Below are positions 62,445-64,000 of a stretch of 64,000 bases of DNA, piece by piece (within the stretch, counting starts at the first letter, position 1; each line of letters begins with the position of its first letter). The notes beneath the pieces were generated by a model. It was given only the letters and a program-made list of their open reading frames with translations, was not told the origin of the DNA and did no database searches. Origin of the DNA: Chamaesiphon sp. (GTDB lineage: Bacteria; Cyanobacteriota; Cyanobacteriia; Cyanobacteriales; Chamaesiphonaceae); NCBI GenBank assembly GCA_965246715.1, contig CBDFFH010000014.1:15640-79639 (forward strand), read 5' to 3'. The position numbers and the translations under genes were made by a program.

Positions 62445-62968
62445 ATGTTTTCCCGCCGCCAACCGTCTCTCAATCTTTGTAGACGGTAATAATATGTTTT
62501 ATGCCCAACAAAAAAATGGGTGGTTTTTCGATCCGCGCCGCGTTTTGGAATACTTTACCAAAGAACCGGAGCTAATGTTGATTAACGCTTTTTGGTTATA
62601 CCGGACTCAAAGATGCTCAAGACCAACGCGGTTTTCGAGATGCGCTGATCAGTCTGGGATATACAGTTCGCACCAAAATTCTCAAAGAATATTACGATGA
62701 TACGTCCGGTCGCTATTCCCAAAAAGCGAACTTGGATATTGAAATCGTGGTCGATATGTTTAATACTGTAGATCAGTACAATCGTGTCGTACTCTTTAGT
62801 GGCGATGGTGATTTCGAGCGCGCGATCGAGTTACTGAGATCGAAAAATACCCACATTACCGTCATCTCAACGGAAGGGATGATCGCCAGAGAGCTGCGAA
62901 ATGTTACCGATCGCTATATCGATCTCAACGATATTCGCGATCGGATTGAAAAAGTCGATGCTTTGTAG
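62445..62968 (+). CDS. NYN domain (LabA/DUF88) protein, two +1 frameshifts
   Basis: IFVDGNN, KANLDIE, LFSGDGDF; continuous after removing one base near 62450 and one T at 62596-97. Confidence 0.82.
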
Positions 62969-63098
62969 CTGAGCCACTTTAAATAACTGTGTCATCTCCA
63001 CCGAAGGCACGATCGCCACAGAGCTGCGAAATGTTACCGATCGCTATATCGATCTCAACGATATTCGCGATCGGATTGAAAAAGTCGATGCTTTATAA
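62861..63098 (+). repeat. 108-bp diverged duplication of the NYN gene 3' end
   Basis: 62861-62968 versus 62991-63098, 7 mismatches. Confidence 0.9.
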
Positions 63099-63113
63099 AA
63101 ACATCTAATTTAG

Positions 63114-63158
63114 CGACGGCGCTCGATCTGGCTTACCTAACCAGATCGAGCGCCGTCG
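63114..63158. terminator. hairpin between convergent genes
   Basis: cgacggcgctcgatctgg...ccagatcgagcgccgtcg. Confidence 0.6.
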
Positions 63159-63205
63159 ATCGAAATATTTTTATCATCAACCAGTCCTACCGATCGCCTA
63201 AAATT

Positions 63206-63408
63206 TTACTGCCCACGACCCGGTTTACAATCAGCAAGACCCAAAGCCTCAGTATCGAGAAAACTAGCGATCGCCATTTCAACAACTGCTTCGATCGCGA
63301 AAGCGTCTCGGAGAGAATCGGGTATTCAATTTCAGCAGCACGATCTATTAAAGCAGTACGAATTCGTTCGGGCAAGCGTAATAGAAGGACTGAAGTTATC
63401 ACAAGCAT
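63206..63408 (-). pseudogene. small hypothetical gene disrupted by a 23-nt repeat insertion
   Basis: RLPERIRTALIDRAAEIEYP joins IEAVVEMAIASFLDTEALGLADCKPGRGQ* if 63298-63320 is removed. Confidence 0.55.
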
Positions 63409-63482
63409 TGGTGCGTTACAGCAGCGAACGACTCACTACTTAGTCATGCTTTTGTCACCTTAACAGGTTTACAGCTTAAAGC

Positions 63483-64000
63483 TTAGCTACGGTGCCATGT
63501 ACTAGGACTTCCAGCCTTATCGATAACGACAATACCATTGGCTTTGAGTTCGTCACGGATGCGATCGCTAGCTGCAAAATCCTTATTCTGTCTGGCTGCT
63601 TGACGTTGGCGCAAGAGTGATTCGATCGCTTCATCGCTCAAACCAGTTGTCGATCGATCGAGTTCTTCAGGATTTACTTCTAAACCTAAAACTCCAGCTA
63701 ATTCGATTAAAGTTTGCCACTGTTGTTTTAGGACGATCGGATCGGCAGTTTGCTCGCTATCGTGGGTGATAATATTCCCCACCTTCCGCAATTCTTTGGC
63801 TAGTTCAAATAATACGACCAAGCCTTCAGCGAAGTTAAAATCATCATCGACAACGTTACGGAATCGCTCGATTTCAGCATTTGTCGCTCCGACAGGTAGC
63901 GGATCGAAATTATCCCAACCTAATTTCTTGCCAAACTCGTAACCGAATAGCAAACCATCTTTTATCGTCTGCCAACTTTGTCCGGCTGCGGTGAGCGATT
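63483..64000 (-). CDS. cysS: cysteine--tRNA ligase, 3' part (runs off the window)
   Basis: DDDFN, LAGVLGL, RQAARQNKDFAASDRIRDEL anticodon-binding motif. Confidence 0.92.
   Translation of the reverse strand, partial: SLTAAGQSWQTIKDGLLFGYEFGKKLGWDNFDPLPVGATNAEIERFRNVVDDDFNFAEGLVVLFELAKELRKVGNIITHDSEQTADPIVLKQQWQTLIELAGVLGLEVNPEELDRSTTGLSDEAIESLLRQRQAARQNKDFAASDRIRDELKANGIVVIDKAGSPSTWHRS

Noticed and set aside
39679..63098. 3'-end duplications as DGR template/variable repeats
   Set aside because: Mismatches are not adenine-specific and no reverse transcriptase is in the window

Overview
Cyanobacterial chromosome segment. It carries ndhA/I/G/E, ictB, ebsA, COP23 and fibrillin, and is very dense in CGATCG/GCGATCGC (HIP1); a Chamaesiphon-like source is an inference only. 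Most of it is housekeeping: purL with a 476-aa intein, a gyrA/parC paralogue, a MacAB-like ABC exporter with duplicated permease, mraY, hemC, dnaK, glmM, wecB, pilT and cysS. The most notable element is an apparently complete IS110/IS621-type bridge-recombinase element (25060-26424) between ndhA and ndhI. Its CT core, reconstructed donor junction (ACAGTAT-CT-TGTAT), junction promoter and bridge-RNA target/donor guides can all be read from the sequence, and the guides match the REP-like repeat it sits in. Other points: nested MITE/REP composites with target-site duplications, two diverged duplications of gene 3' ends, an unannotated 31-aa membrane microprotein, an orphan Nif11-like peptide, and six +1 homopolymer frameshifts that look like sequencing error. 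No CRISPR array, tRNA or rRNA was recognised.
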